A stretch of 64,000 nucleotides of DNA from positions 108,105-172,104 of the forward strand of contig CAJVZZ010000001.1 in NCBI GenBank assembly GCA_913020435.1, read 5' to 3'. Below, piece after piece: positions 44,887 to 54,716 of this stretch. Source of the stretch: an uncultured Flavobacteriales bacterium. Lineage in GTDB: Bacteria > Bacteroidota > Bacteroidia > Flavobacteriales_G > Salibacteraceae. The translations under genes were made by a program, and so were the position numbers. The notes beneath the pieces were generated by a model. It worked only from the letters and a program-made list of their open reading frames with translations. It was not told the DNA's origin and did no database searches. How positions within the stretch are numbered: position 1 is the stretch's first letter; every line of letters begins with the position of its first letter.

Positions 44887-46326
44887 TTAAGTCTTTTCGG
44901 CTTTACGTTTTATCTTGATATCAAATGCCGCATAAATGATGGACATAATAGGACTAAGGTAGTTGAAAAAGCAAAAAGGGAGATAGACAAAAGTAGCGAC
45001 TCCGAGCACTGCACTTTGTGTCGCACCACAGGTATTCCAAGGAATTAAAACAGACGTTACAGTTCCACTGTCCTCTAATGTTCTACTTAAGTTAACGGGT
45101 GCTAACCCTTTTGCGTCAAATGCATCTTTGTACATTCTTCCCGGAACAACAATCGCCAAGTATTGATCGCTTGCAGTTAAGTTGATAAACAAACACGAGC
45201 CTACGGTAGTTGCAACCAATCCACCTACAGACTTAACACCAGATATTAACCAACCGGCAATCCGCTGCAGCGCTCCAATTGCTTCCATAGCACCACCAAA
45301 TACCATTGCACAGATAATGAGCCAAACGGTATTCAACATACCAGCCATTCCTCCCGAACTCAGTAAATCAGTTAAGGCTGTATTTCCTGTTTCAATACTA
45401 GTTTCAGATCCAGCTGCTGAAAGCAATACGTAATAACTATTTTGGAAGTAGTCTGGTTTGCCTCCGAGTCTTTCCAGTAATTCGGGTTGAAAGATGACTG
45501 CACAGACCCCTGCGCTTAAAATTCCCACAAACAGAGCAGGAATAGGATCTACTTTTTTGATGATTAGAAACACTACTAATGCCGGAACTAAAAAGAGAAA
45601 TGGAGTGATATTAAAATTTGAAACTAACGCAGTGTTCAATTCCTCTAGTCCAATTGCGCTAGACTCTGGAGTGTAATTAAGTCCGATAATAAAAAAGAGA
45701 ATTAGATTGATAATGTAGGATGGAACTGTAGTTAGGAACATGTAACGAATGTGATCGAACAGTTGTGCGCCACTCACAGCAGCAGCAAGGTTGGTAGTAT
45801 CGCTCAACGGGCTCATTTTATCACCGAAATAAGCGCCAGTAATGATTGCTCCACCAACAACTGCTTCACTAAACCCAAGTGCTTTTCCAATGCCAAGTAA
45901 GGCAATTCCAATAGTAGCTATTGTACTCCATGAGCTTCCTGAAGCAACTGAAATAATGGCGCAAACAACGGATGCCGCTACTAAAAAGTAGGAGGGGTGC
46001 GCTATTTTAAGTCCGTAATAAATCAATGCTGGAATTACTCCAGATATTAGCCAAGTACCCGCCAAAGCGCCAATGAGCAATAGAATAATGATGGCTCCAA
46101 GGGTGGAATTAATTGCGTTTTTTATGTGTTCTAAAATTGCATCAAAAGAGAGCTTTTGACTAAAACCAATCAGTGTTGCAACTGCTGCGGCTAATAAAAG
46201 CGCCAATTGATTTGAGCCTCCTAAACTGTTGTCACCAAAGAAAAAAACATTGGCTGCAAGCAAAGGAATTAGAACGATTATAGGCAGGAAGGACTGGATT
46301 AAACTAATGGGTTTCTTTTGCTGCAT
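44887..46326 (-). CDS. nhaC: Na+/H+ antiporter, NhaC family
   Basis: 479-aa polytopic protein with the length and Gly/Ala-rich helices typical of NhaC (GGSNQLALLLAAAVATLIG, GDKMSPLSDTTNLAA). Confidence 0.7.
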   Translation of the reverse strand: MQQKKPISLIQSFLPIIVLIPLLAANVFFFGDNSLGGSNQLALLLAAAVATLIGFSQKLSFDAILEHIKNAINSTLGAIIILLLIGALAGTWLISGVIPALIYYGLKIAHPSYFLVAASVVCAIISVASGSSWSTIATIGIALLGIGKALGFSEAVVGGAIITGAYFGDKMSPLSDTTNLAAAVSGAQLFDHIRYMFLTTVPSYIINLILFFIIGLNYTPESSAIGLEELNTALVSNFNITPFLFLVPALVVFLIIKKVDPIPALFVGILSAGVCAVIFQPELLERLGGKPDYFQNSYYVLLSAAGSETSIETGNTALTDLLSSGGMAGMLNTVWLIICAMVFGGAMEAIGALQRIAGWLISGVKSVGGLVATTVGSCLFINLTASDQYLAIVVPGRMYKDAFDAKGLAPVNLSRTLEDSGTVTSVLIPWNTCGATQSAVLGVATFVYLPFCFFNYLSPIMSIIYAAFDIKIKRKAEKT

Positions 46327-46344
46327 ACTGACTTCAAATATAGT

Positions 46345-47682
46345 TTAATGAGTTGCAACAGCCTGTTTCTTCCTGCTTCTAAAAAAGTCGATTAATCCCC
46401 ATGTAATTACTACCACATACTCTAAGGCAATTATAAAACTACTCTCTTCATAAGGCAGCGTCCGGTAAGTGAAATAGGTAAGCCCTATGAGGTAGCTCCA
46501 AACTAAAATATACTTGAATTCTTGAAAAATATTTAAGGCTAATAACGTCACCAAGTACCAAGGATGCACAACCGCTGAAAATAAGTAATACAAGGAATGC
46601 ACCCAAAAACTGCGTTGCATTAGGTTTTCGAAATTCGAGTTTTTGAAAGCTAAGCGCAATACTGCAAGTGCAGGGACAAATGCTAAAAGAAAGGCAATCC
46701 ATTTTTTGCTTTGATCGCCTGAAATATCGATTAAAATACTGTAAAAAAATGAGTTAAATCTGAAACTTTGAAAGTATAAATCAACGCTATTGAGCATGTT
46801 TAATGCCAATTCAAGATTCATGAAGGGAATGAATAACAGAGCAGAAACAATTCCAACAATGCTGATATATTTGGTGGTTTTTATAAAACCAAGAAAGGGA
46901 AGGAGTAGCGGTAAGTATAGCAACGGAATCAGCTTGGTGCAAACGCCAAATGCCATGAAAACTGCCGATACGGCCCATCGTTCTGTTTTGAGATAATAGA
47001 AGGCCATAATGAGAAAAGTCGCCATCAGTCCTTCGAAATGCAAGTTGCCTGTTACTTCAATGATTACCAAGGGATTCAAGAAATACAGAGCAATCAGGCC
47101 GGGTTTCTTGTTCAAATGTTTCAATAACTTAACTGCATACTGAAACAATAAAACTTCTCCAATAATAAGGATTAACTTGATGATAAATTGAGCCTTAAAG
47201 AAACCCACCGGAGCTATTAAAGCAGCAATTCCAAAAATGAATTGATTGATAGGCGGATAGATTGCAAAGTATTGCTTTGAATTCAGTTTTGGGTACAGTT
47301 CTTCCAATCCAATGAGATTGCCCGGATGTTCAATGAAAAATTGCGGTATGTGCTGGAAGGGATTTTCTCCCTGAATCCACAATCGGCCGTCCCACAAAAA
47401 CCGATAAATATCATCGCTCAATACTGGTGTAGAAAAAAGAAAGATTACTCGGGCAGTTATGCCAATTATAAAGATAGATTGGATACTCAGTCTGCTTTTG
47501 ACAAGGTAAAAGTATCCAACAAAAAGAGCAGAGTATACTGCAACAAACGATGTGAAATCTATTCTAGGTATAGCTAATGCTATCAATGAATAACTGATTA
47601 TCAATAAGCCAATTTGTAGAATAGACTTTGTTTCGAGTACCTCTTTTATCACTTTGCAAACGTAATGTTTAGGATTGTTCAA
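46345..47682 (-). CDS. Integral-membrane glycosyltransferase-like protein (DUF2029 / GT87-like)
   Basis: An early periplasmic-loop motif SDDIYRFLWDGRLWIQGENPF typical of DUF2029/PMT-fold enzymes. About 11 TM segments. TTG start, so the start is uncertain. Confidence 0.5.
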   Translation of the reverse strand: MNNPKHYVCKVIKEVLETKSILQIGLLIISYSLIALAIPRIDFTSFVAVYSALFVGYFYLVKSRLSIQSIFIIGITARVIFLFSTPVLSDDIYRFLWDGRLWIQGENPFQHIPQFFIEHPGNLIGLEELYPKLNSKQYFAIYPPINQFIFGIAALIAPVGFFKAQFIIKLILIIGEVLLFQYAVKLLKHLNKKPGLIALYFLNPLVIIEVTGNLHFEGLMATFLIMAFYYLKTERWAVSAVFMAFGVCTKLIPLLYLPLLLPFLGFIKTTKYISIVGIVSALLFIPFMNLELALNMLNSVDLYFQSFRFNSFFYSILIDISGDQSKKWIAFLLAFVPALAVLRLAFKNSNFENLMQRSFWVHSLYYLFSAVVHPWYLVTLLALNIFQEFKYILVWSYLIGLTYFTYRTLPYEESSFIIALEYVVVITWGLIDFFRSRKKQAVATH

Positions 47683-47801
47683 AAAATGAAAGGAAAATTA
47701 CTTTTTGTTGTTTTGCTTTTATGCTAGAGCCTCTGGGCTTTCTACCTTGGTAAGACTAGGTAAGTATCACTAATCGCAGAATGCATTGATAGTAGGCTTA
47801 A

Positions 47802-47827
47802 GAGATTCCCATTTTCACGGGAATGAC
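47802..47827. repeat. REP-like palindromic element (GAGATTC ... GAATGAC flanks)
   Basis: GAGATTCCC-ATTTTCAC-GGGAATGAC. The stem is ATTCCC/GGGAAT with an 8-nt loop. The flanks are identical to those of the element at 50156-50182. Confidence 0.5.
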
Positions 47828-47844
47828 GTTACTGATATTATGGA

Positions 47845-48141
47845 CTACTTAACCTTCACCACCTCTTCGGCACTCCAAGCCTCAGGCTTTTCAGAAAATA
47901 GTGTCTTGGTAGCAGGCCAAACAACTCCAAAGGTACCGGAATGACGGTAATTATTGAGGTCTTCTTGGCTATCCCACCAACTGTAGGTCATGAAGATATT
48001 GGTGTTGGTTATGTCGCGAAGTAGCGATAACTTGCTACACCCCGGTTGATCTGCAATTTCCGATTTGTATTTTTCGAATAAAGCTTGAAAATCCTTCACC
48101 GATTCTGGTTTGAAGGTCATTTTTACGATACGTATAATCAT
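47845..48141 (-). CDS. Antibiotic biosynthesis monooxygenase (ABM) domain protein
   Basis: 98-aa ferredoxin-like fold pattern (IVKMTFKPESVKDFQALFEKYKSEIADQPGC...YSWWDSQEDLNNY). Confidence 0.65.
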   Translation of the reverse strand: MIIRIVKMTFKPESVKDFQALFEKYKSEIADQPGCSKLSLLRDITNTNIFMTYSWWDSQEDLNNYRHSGTFGVVWPATKTLFSEKPEAWSAEEVVKVK

Positions 48142-48953
48142 TGTAAGGAAAATTCTACGCGGACAACGTCGTTTACTTTAAGCCCCATAAGATTTGAGGA
48201 ATGACCAAGGTTCATAGCGATTTCTAGATATCCCGAAGAATTAAATAATGCCAATCGTTCGCCTTCTTTGGTAGAGTGGTAGTTGTCACTCAATCGTCGA
48301 ATGTTGTACCCTCGGAGTTTGGTAGAAATTGTAAAATCTCGGCCGCTACTCATTTGGTTGAAATACGATTCGGTAATGTTGGTGATTGCGTTTCCAAATG
48401 CATCTACGTAAATCACTTCGCCGCGAATATTTTCACCCTCAGATCTTGCCTGAACAATATCGCCTTGATTCAAGGAATCTCTAGAAGATCCTAAGACTTC
48501 TAAAGTTCCACCACGAGCTAGATGAGCGGCAGCTTTTGCAAATACATCTTTGGTGGGAAAGGACTCTTTAGCAGTATCTTTTTGAACCGAAAGTGTGAAG
48601 ACTTTATCGGGAGCAAAATCTAGCAAATAGCTAAAAATACCATTGTCTGCACCTATGAAATAGTGACCGTCGTATTTAAGCGCAACGTGATCTACCGCCT
48701 CTAAATTTTTCTCTGTTTCTCTAATTGCATTGCGAGTATGCGTCATTACGCCAACAATATGAATACTGCCTTTGGGGAAATGTCGATAAGCGTTTTTGAG
48801 CACAAAGGCTGCTTCTAGAATGTTATATTTACTAATACCGTGGCTGATGTCTTCGATTTTGATTTCGGGAAACAAAGAATATAAGGTGCCTTTTACGGCA
48901 GCTGCGTAGTAGTCTTTGTATCCAAAATCAGTAGTTAGCGTAACGATTGCCAT
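48138..48953 (-). CDS. SAM hydrolase / SAM-dependent halogenase family protein (DUF62)
   Basis: N-terminal IVTLTTDFGYKDYYAAAVKG and DNG motifs characteristic of the S-adenosyl-L-methionine hydroxide adenosyltransferase family. Its stop overlaps the ABM start (ATGA). Confidence 0.8.
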   Translation of the reverse strand: MAIVTLTTDFGYKDYYAAAVKGTLYSLFPEIKIEDISHGISKYNILEAAFVLKNAYRHFPKGSIHIVGVMTHTRNAIRETEKNLEAVDHVALKYDGHYFIGADNGIFSYLLDFAPDKVFTLSVQKDTAKESFPTKDVFAKAAAHLARGGTLEVLGSSRDSLNQGDIVQARSEGENIRGEVIYVDAFGNAITNITESYFNQMSSGRDFTISTKLRGYNIRRLSDNYHSTKEGERLALFNSSGYLEIAMNLGHSSNLMGLKVNDVVRVEFSLQ

Positions 48954-49095
48954 GAGTAAAAACTAGTAAATGCCTTAAGTTTAAATATCTTTGCTAAGAT
49001 GCAAAAATAAACAAATGCTTCGCCATATATTGTCCTTTTAAAGGCTTTGATTTATGGTTGAAGTAAATTACATAAAATACATATAATCAGGATAT

Positions 49096-50064
49096 TTGCA
49101 AGAAAGAGTAATTGAATTCGAGGCTGTTAATCCAGTAGAAATATTTGGAACAGAAAACAGCAATATAGATTTACTAAAATCGTATTTTCCTAAGCTGAGA
49201 ATAATTGCTCGGGGTAATACGATTAAGATAATGGGTAGCGATGTAGAAATGGATCGTCTGGAATTAATTGTACACAGTATGTACAAGTTTTACCAGAAGT
49301 ACAATCAACTGCATCCCAAAGATATTGAAGCAATGATTGCCGAAGACGGCGGCCAAAAACCCGATGAATTGGACAATGCAGTAATTTTGCATGGCGTTCA
49401 AGGTGAGCAGATAAAAGCACGTACTCCAAACCAATTGGAAATGGTGAAACAAATCGCTACCAATGATATGATGTTTGCGCTAGGACCTGCCGGAACAGGA
49501 AAGACCTATACTGCCGTTGCTTTGGCCGTAAGAGCTTTAAAAGATCGAGAAGTAAAAAAGATAATTCTAACTAGACCTGCAGTTGAAGCTGGAGAGAATT
49601 TAGGTTTCCTTCCAGGAGACTTAAAAGAGAAGTTAGATCCTTATTTACAACCCCTTTACGATGCACTAAGAGACATGGTTCCTTCGGAAAAGCTTGCTGA
49701 ATATGTAGATAAGGGAATTATACAAATTGCGCCACTTGCGTTCATGCGTGGGCGTACATTAGACAAAGCTTTTGTGATACTTGACGAAGCTCAAAATGCT
49801 ACTGAAAGTCAGTTGAAAATGTTCCTTACGCGGATGGGAAAGTCGGCTAAGTTTATCATTACAGGTGACCGTACCCAAATTGATTTACCGCCCAAACAAA
49901 AGAGCGGATTGATCCAAGCTGCCGAGTATTTGGAAGGAGTAGAAGGCATTGCATTTATCCACATGAAAGGAACGGATGTATTGCGTCATCGGTTGGTCCG
50001 AAAAATTATCGATCGCTACCAAAAATTTGAAGAGGATTCTCCGGCTAAGTCAACTAAAAAGTAA
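49096..50064 (+). CDS. phoH: PhoH-like ATPase
   Basis: Walker A GPAGTGKTYTAVA, Walker B FVILDEAQN and ITGDRTQIDLP. TTG start (no nearby ATG). Confidence 0.9.
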   Translation: MQERVIEFEAVNPVEIFGTENSNIDLLKSYFPKLRIIARGNTIKIMGSDVEMDRLELIVHSMYKFYQKYNQLHPKDIEAMIAEDGGQKPDELDNAVILHGVQGEQIKARTPNQLEMVKQIATNDMMFALGPAGTGKTYTAVALAVRALKDREVKKIILTRPAVEAGENLGFLPGDLKEKLDPYLQPLYDALRDMVPSEKLAEYVDKGIIQIAPLAFMRGRTLDKAFVILDEAQNATESQLKMFLTRMGKSAKFIITGDRTQIDLPPKQKSGLIQAAEYLEGVEGIAFIHMKGTDVLRHRLVRKIIDRYQKFEEDSPAKSTKK

Positions 50065-50109
50065 ATGGAAACGGTTAGAACAATTCAGAGTAATGTAAAA
50101 TAGTAGAGT

Positions 50110-50136
50110 GTTACGCTGAATTTATTTCAGCATCTC
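50110..50136. repeat. REP-like palindromic element, copy 1 of an inverted pair
   Basis: GTTACGCTGAATTTATTTCAGCATCTC, with a local hairpin GCTGAA-TTTAT-TTCAGC. Confidence 0.55.
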
Positions 50137-50155
50137 AAACGAGTAGTTCAATAGT

Positions 50156-50182
50156 GAGATTCTGAAATAAATTCAGAATGAC
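50156..50182. repeat. REP-like palindromic element, copy 2 (inverted orientation)
   Basis: GAGATTCTGAAATAAATTCAGAATGAC. Its reverse complement matches copy 1 at 23 of 27 positions. One G-C stem pair is replaced by T-A, a compensatory change. Confidence 0.55.
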
Positions 50183-50245
50183 CTGATTAACAATGAGAAA
50201 AAGAAGCTCCACAATATTTTATAACAACACATAAAACAAAACACA

Positions 50246-51193
50246 ATGAGTAACACACTCGGAACAACCAATTTCAAATTTCCTAGCCAGCTCAATCATT
50301 ATAAAGGTAAGGTGCGGGAAGTGTATACCTTGGAAAATGATTTGGTAGTAATGATAGCCAGCGATCGTATTTCGGCTTTCGATTACATTTTGCCAAAAGG
50401 TATTCCTTACAAGGGGCAAGTGCTAAATCAGATCGCAGAATTGATGTTGAATGCTACTTCTGATATTGTTCCAAATTGGAAAATGGCTACTCCAGACCCA
50501 AGTGTTACCGTAGGTAAAACCTGCAAGGTATTCCCAATTGAAATGGTGATACGTGGTTATTTGGCGGGGCATGCTTGGCGCGAATACAAAGCTGGAAGAC
50601 GCATGCTGTGTGGAGTTACAATGCCGGAAGGCATGCAAGAAAATGATGAATTTCCTGAGCCTATAATTACTCCAGCTACCAAAGCTGAGGAAGGACACGA
50701 TGAGGATATTGCTCGTGAAGAAATAATCAAACAAGGCATTATTTCAGAATCCGATTATTTGATGTTGGAAGATTACACCCGCAAACTGTTCCAACGTGGA
50801 ACGGAGCTAGTCGAAGACCGAGGATTGATTTTGGTGGATACCAAGTACGAATTTGGACGCGCTGAAAATGGCGAGATTTTGTTGATTGACGAGATTCATA
50901 CTCCAGACTCTAGCCGCTTTTTTTATGCAGACGGTTATGCCGAACGACAATCCAACGGTGAAAAGCAAAAGCAACTCTCCAAGGAATTTGTGCGTGAGTG
51001 GCTCATGGAGAACGATTTTCAAGGCCTAGAAGGACAAACAATGCCAGATATGACAGATGCTTTCGTAGAGCTGGTTTCTGAGCGTTATATTGAGTTATTC
51101 GAAAATATTACCGGTAAAGCTTTTGTAAAAGGAGATATTTCTACGATTGAAAGTAGAGTGGAAGCAAATGTTTTGGATTGGTTGCAGAAGTAG
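50246..51193 (+). CDS. purC: Phosphoribosylaminoimidazole-succinocarboxamide (SAICAR) synthase
   Basis: Long-form PurC with motifs [16 protein letters not shown] and LVDTKYEFG. Confidence 0.9.
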   Translation: MSNTLGTTNFKFPSQLNHYKGKVREVYTLENDLVVMIASDRISAFDYILPKGIPYKGQVLNQIAELMLNATSDIVPNWKMATPDPSVTVGKTCKVFPIEMVIRGYLAGHAWREYKAGRRMLCGVTMPEGMQENDEFPEPIITPATKAEEGHDEDIAREEIIKQGIISESDYLMLEDYTRKLFQRGTELVEDRGLILVDTKYEFGRAENGEILLIDEIHTPDSSRFFYADGYAERQSNGEKQKQLSKEFVREWLMENDFQGLEGQTMPDMTDAFVELVSERYIELFENITGKAFVKGDISTIESRVEANVLDWLQK

Positions 51194-51315
51194 TTTGAAT
51201 TAGTTCGATACGAACGCGATGCAATCCCTCACGAGCTGTTATACATTAGTGTGTTGGAAAGGGTAAACTGCTCTGAAGCACTGTTTATAGAAGCTTTAAT
51301 TGCTGCTGGGGCATG

Positions 51316-51750
51316 TTATGAAGGAGTTAATATTTGAGAAAGTAGTAGCGCTAATATTACTATTCTAATTGTCCAGCTAATTGTGCGTATCCAATTTGTC
51401 AATATTAGTTTATCGATTAATTGTACACTAGTATTTTTCAATAGTTTTAAATGAATAGGTACTTGAATAAAAGCAGTGCTTGATGCTATAACCCCTAATA
51501 GACCAACATTTAGTGAATGATATAAATTGGGGTTGTGATAAATTAAGTAGAGCCCAGTTGCAAGTTCAATCATCATTGCGGGAGCAGTTATAAATCCTGT
51601 CCGGTAGTTTTTCCTTTCATAATTTGGAAAATCTTCCAGTTTTATTTGGTGAAAAAGTGGGTAATGTACAATTTGAACAAACCAGCATAATCCAGCCATA
51701 AAAATGCTAGAGAATAAGTGAATAATAAAGATAGTGTTCATATAAGTCAT
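51316..51750 (-). CDS. Hypothetical 4-TM membrane protein
   Basis: 144-aa ORF with four hydrophobic helices (VQIVHYPLF motif). Family not recognised. Confidence 0.45.
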   Translation of the reverse strand: MTYMNTIFIIHLFSSIFMAGLCWFVQIVHYPLFHQIKLEDFPNYERKNYRTGFITAPAMMIELATGLYLIYHNPNLYHSLNVGLLGVIASSTAFIQVPIHLKLLKNTSVQLIDKLILTNWIRTISWTIRIVILALLLSQILTPS

Positions 51751-51795
51751 ACACCTTTTAATTGGTTGATTCCTATTATTTTTAAACTAATATGA

Positions 51796-52452
51796 CTAAA
51801 TGCTTATTGGTTGAGGGGATAAAACTAAGGCGGTTTTGTTTTTATTGATTACAATGAGGCACGACCAGACTACCCACCAAGCATCTATTCCAAAAGTAAT
51901 TTTCTGAAGAAATGGAAGGTAGTAGAATCCGATTTTAGTCTCAAAAATAAAGAAGACGATTATACTCAGTGTATAGCATGTGTACACTAGTTTTTTCAGT
52001 CCCTTTATTTTGTAATGTCTAAGTTCTATAAAAAGTGGGATAAGAGCAATTGTACCCAGAATGCCTGTGATAGTTACTATTAGATCATGATACTCGGTAT
52101 ACATGAAAATGAACACCGACATAGTAGCTATTCCGAAAAAGGCAATCAACATCGTATTGCGATTTTTTACATGGAATATTTTAGGAAGGACGCAGAAGAA
52201 GGAGATCATAGTAAAGCTCAGAATTAAGTGTGAAATGATCGCCATGAATCGAGCGTTATTTATGCTTCCACTTTGCGTAGTAGAATGCATGACATCACAC
52301 AAAAAATTGTGAGAAAAACTATAACCAATCGCGTTAGGATAATTAATGGACCCTCCTGGATAATATGAGGCAGCAAAGATGAATACTATGACGTACAGGC
52401 CTAAGCCGACTATTGGGAAATAGGGTAAGTATTTTATTTCAAACTTTTTCAT
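51796..52452 (-). CDS. Hypothetical polytopic membrane protein
   Basis: 218-aa ORF with about 6 TM segments. Family not recognised. Confidence 0.45.
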   Translation of the reverse strand: MKKFEIKYLPYFPIVGLGLYVIVFIFAASYYPGGSINYPNAIGYSFSHNFLCDVMHSTTQSGSINNARFMAIISHLILSFTMISFFCVLPKIFHVKNRNTMLIAFFGIATMSVFIFMYTEYHDLIVTITGILGTIALIPLFIELRHYKIKGLKKLVYTCYTLSIIVFFIFETKIGFYYLPFLQKITFGIDAWWVVWSCLIVINKNKTALVLSPQPISI

Positions 52453-52566
52453 CTATCTCGTTTTAGACATAATGAGACGCATTTGGTTTTAAAAAAGTGC
52501 AAGTTATTATTATTCTTCTAAGGCATAAAGTGCATTCTTAAGAATTGGACTCTATAGTTCTTGCAA

Positions 52567-53472
52567 TTAATTCAAGTTCCGATATTCATTTGGGCTAATA
52601 CCTATTTTTGTTTTGAAGAGTTTGCTAAAATGTTGCGGATATTCAAATCCGAGGCTGTAAGCCATTTGATTAACTGGGCTATTAGAGCTAATAAGCAATT
52701 TTTTAGCTGCATTGATGATATATTTGTGAATATGATCTTTGGCGCTACTTCCGGTCTCTAGGCACAATAAATCGCTTAAATAACCACCAGACATATTCGT
52801 GGTTTCACCACAAGAAGAGATAGTGGGTAAACCATTTTTTTTCAATTTGTCCGAAGTAAAATATTCTTTCATATAAGTCTCGAAACGCGAAATGGTATCT
52901 TTGCTTTGATTGCTACGAGTATAACATTGCCGCTCATAATAGCGCTGGCAATACTTTAATAGTGCATCAATATTTGCAAGGATTAAATTTTGTGAATGTT
53001 TGTCTACGCTGTTTTCCAACTCCAATTCGATATGGTTGACCAAGTTACCCAGCATAATCTTTTCTTTTTCAGAAATATGCAATGCTTCGTTTGAATCATA
53101 ATCAAAAAATGAATAATTCTTGATCGTTTTTGCAAATTCCGATTTACGAATCAAATCGGGATGGAAAAATATATTCCAGCCTCCAATATCATCATTCGGA
53201 TCTGAATTTTCGCAGGAGGTAACATGATTTGGAGCAAGAAAGGCGATACTACCTTCTTTGTAATCATAGGTATTTTGACCACATTTAAACTTTCCTCTTA
53301 TGTTTCCTTTGAGACCAATTACATACAAATCACCCTTCATTTTTAGATTACTGAAATCGACATCAGTTTCGGGCCATTTTCGAATTATAGTAACTAAAGG
53401 GTGCAATGGTTTTTCTAAACCAAAGAGTTGGTGCAATTCGGCAACGCTGTTTAAATGAAAAATACCATTCAT
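52567..53472 (-). CDS. AraC/XylS family transcriptional regulator
   Basis: C-terminal double HTH (YLSDLLCLETGSSAKDHIHKYIINAAKKLL...NQMAYSLGFEYPQHFSKLFKTKIGISPNEYR) and an N-terminal cupin-like sensor. Confidence 0.8.
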   Translation of the reverse strand: MNGIFHLNSVAELHQLFGLEKPLHPLVTIIRKWPETDVDFSNLKMKGDLYVIGLKGNIRGKFKCGQNTYDYKEGSIAFLAPNHVTSCENSDPNDDIGGWNIFFHPDLIRKSEFAKTIKNYSFFDYDSNEALHISEKEKIMLGNLVNHIELELENSVDKHSQNLILANIDALLKYCQRYYERQCYTRSNQSKDTISRFETYMKEYFTSDKLKKNGLPTISSCGETTNMSGGYLSDLLCLETGSSAKDHIHKYIINAAKKLLISSNSPVNQMAYSLGFEYPQHFSKLFKTKIGISPNEYRNLN

Positions 53473-53490
53473 AAGATTTCAATCTTTTTG

Positions 53491-54390
53491 TCAGTATTTT
53501 ATTCCAGTCAATTCTTCAGACACATCCCAAAGCTTTTTTGCTTTTCCAGTATCCTTTGATAATTTGTTCGATGGAACAATAACTGGAAAACCTTTTATTT
53601 CTTGCCAGCCTGATGGGCCATAGTAGTCACCTGCGTTGGCACTTTCGTCAGTTGCAGCTCTTAAAGTAGGTAAAGTACCATTCTCAACTCCTTGACCAAG
53701 TAATGGACTTAAGAAGCTAAATACTAGAGAATGTTGCCCCAAATCTGTATTCGTCCAACCTGGGTGAGCTGCAGTTACTTTAATGTTGTTTCCTTCGACT
53801 TTGCATTTTCTTGCTAATTCATAGGCGAAGTAAAGGTTTGCCAATTTACTATCGCCGTATGCTTTAGTAGTGCTATAGTTTCTATTGGCCCAATTAATAT
53901 CGTCGAAATTGATATTACCTTGTTTGTGTGCCATACTGGAAGTGGCAACTACGCGACCTGCTTTCGATTTTCTGAGCATTGGCATTAGTAAGCCTGTAAG
54001 TGCAAAATGTCCCATGTGATTTACACCCATTTGAATCTCTAAGCCATCTTTGGTTTTAGAAAAAGGACAGGCCATTACACCGGCGTTATTGATTAGGATA
54101 TCAAGTTTTTCAAAGGATTTAGAAAATTCGGTTACAAAAGACGTTACAGATGCTATACTGTTGAGGTCTAATTCCATTACTTCAATTTGAGCATCGGATT
54201 GAGTACTTTTTATTTCTTGAGCAACTTGTTCGCCTTTGATAATATTTCTAACAGCCATGATTACCGTCGCATTTTTGTAGGCCAATACTTTTGTCGCTTG
54301 TTTGCCTAAACCACTGCTAGCACCAGTAATGATGATTACTTTATTCTTTTGATTAGCAATGTTTTTATTGCTCCATTTTGACTTTGCCAT
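53491..54390 (-). CDS. Short-chain dehydrogenase/reductase (SDR)
   Basis: Cofactor motif TGASSGLG, NNAG, and catalytic YGDSK (YxxxK). Confidence 0.85.
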   Translation of the reverse strand: MAKSKWSNKNIANQKNKVIIITGASSGLGKQATKVLAYKNATVIMAVRNIIKGEQVAQEIKSTQSDAQIEVMELDLNSIASVTSFVTEFSKSFEKLDILINNAGVMACPFSKTKDGLEIQMGVNHMGHFALTGLLMPMLRKSKAGRVVATSSMAHKQGNINFDDINWANRNYSTTKAYGDSKLANLYFAYELARKCKVEGNNIKVTAAHPGWTNTDLGQHSLVFSFLSPLLGQGVENGTLPTLRAATDESANAGDYYGPSGWQEIKGFPVIVPSNKLSKDTGKAKKLWDVSEELTGIKY

Positions 54391-54455
54391 AATTCTATTT
54401 TTTAAGTTCTTTAGCAGCCATGAAGACCAATAAAATGGTGATTACACCTCTAATA

Positions 54456-54716
54456 CTATCTCCAAGAAGGGCTTGCAAATCTCCAAATTTGCAGAAATGT
54501 AAGTACTCCGAAAATAGAAAGAAAAGCGCCAATGATAATTCCAAGAGTAAAGCCGGCTTTATTTCTGTTCAATATCCAAATTATACGCAATACCATAAGT
54601 AGAATTAGCAGTAATAAGTACATACCTAGAGCAACTCCTAGAATTTCTATTTCGGGGATAAACGTAACTCCAAAATCTGCTTCTAAAGTAGCGGTTAAGC
54701 TCGTTAACAAGGCCAC
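54456..54716 (-). CDS. Small membrane protein, probably part of a disrupted larger gene
   Basis: 86-aa GTG-initiated ORF with 2-3 TM helices. The hydrophobic frame stays open upstream without a start. A plausible C-terminal continuation (FGDLQALLGDSIRGVITILLVFMAAKELKK) lies in another frame. Confidence 0.3.
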   Translation of the reverse strand: MALLTSLTATLEADFGVTFIPEIEILGVALGMYLLLLILLMVLRIIWILNRNKAGFTLGIIIGAFLSIFGVLTFLQIWRFASPSWR

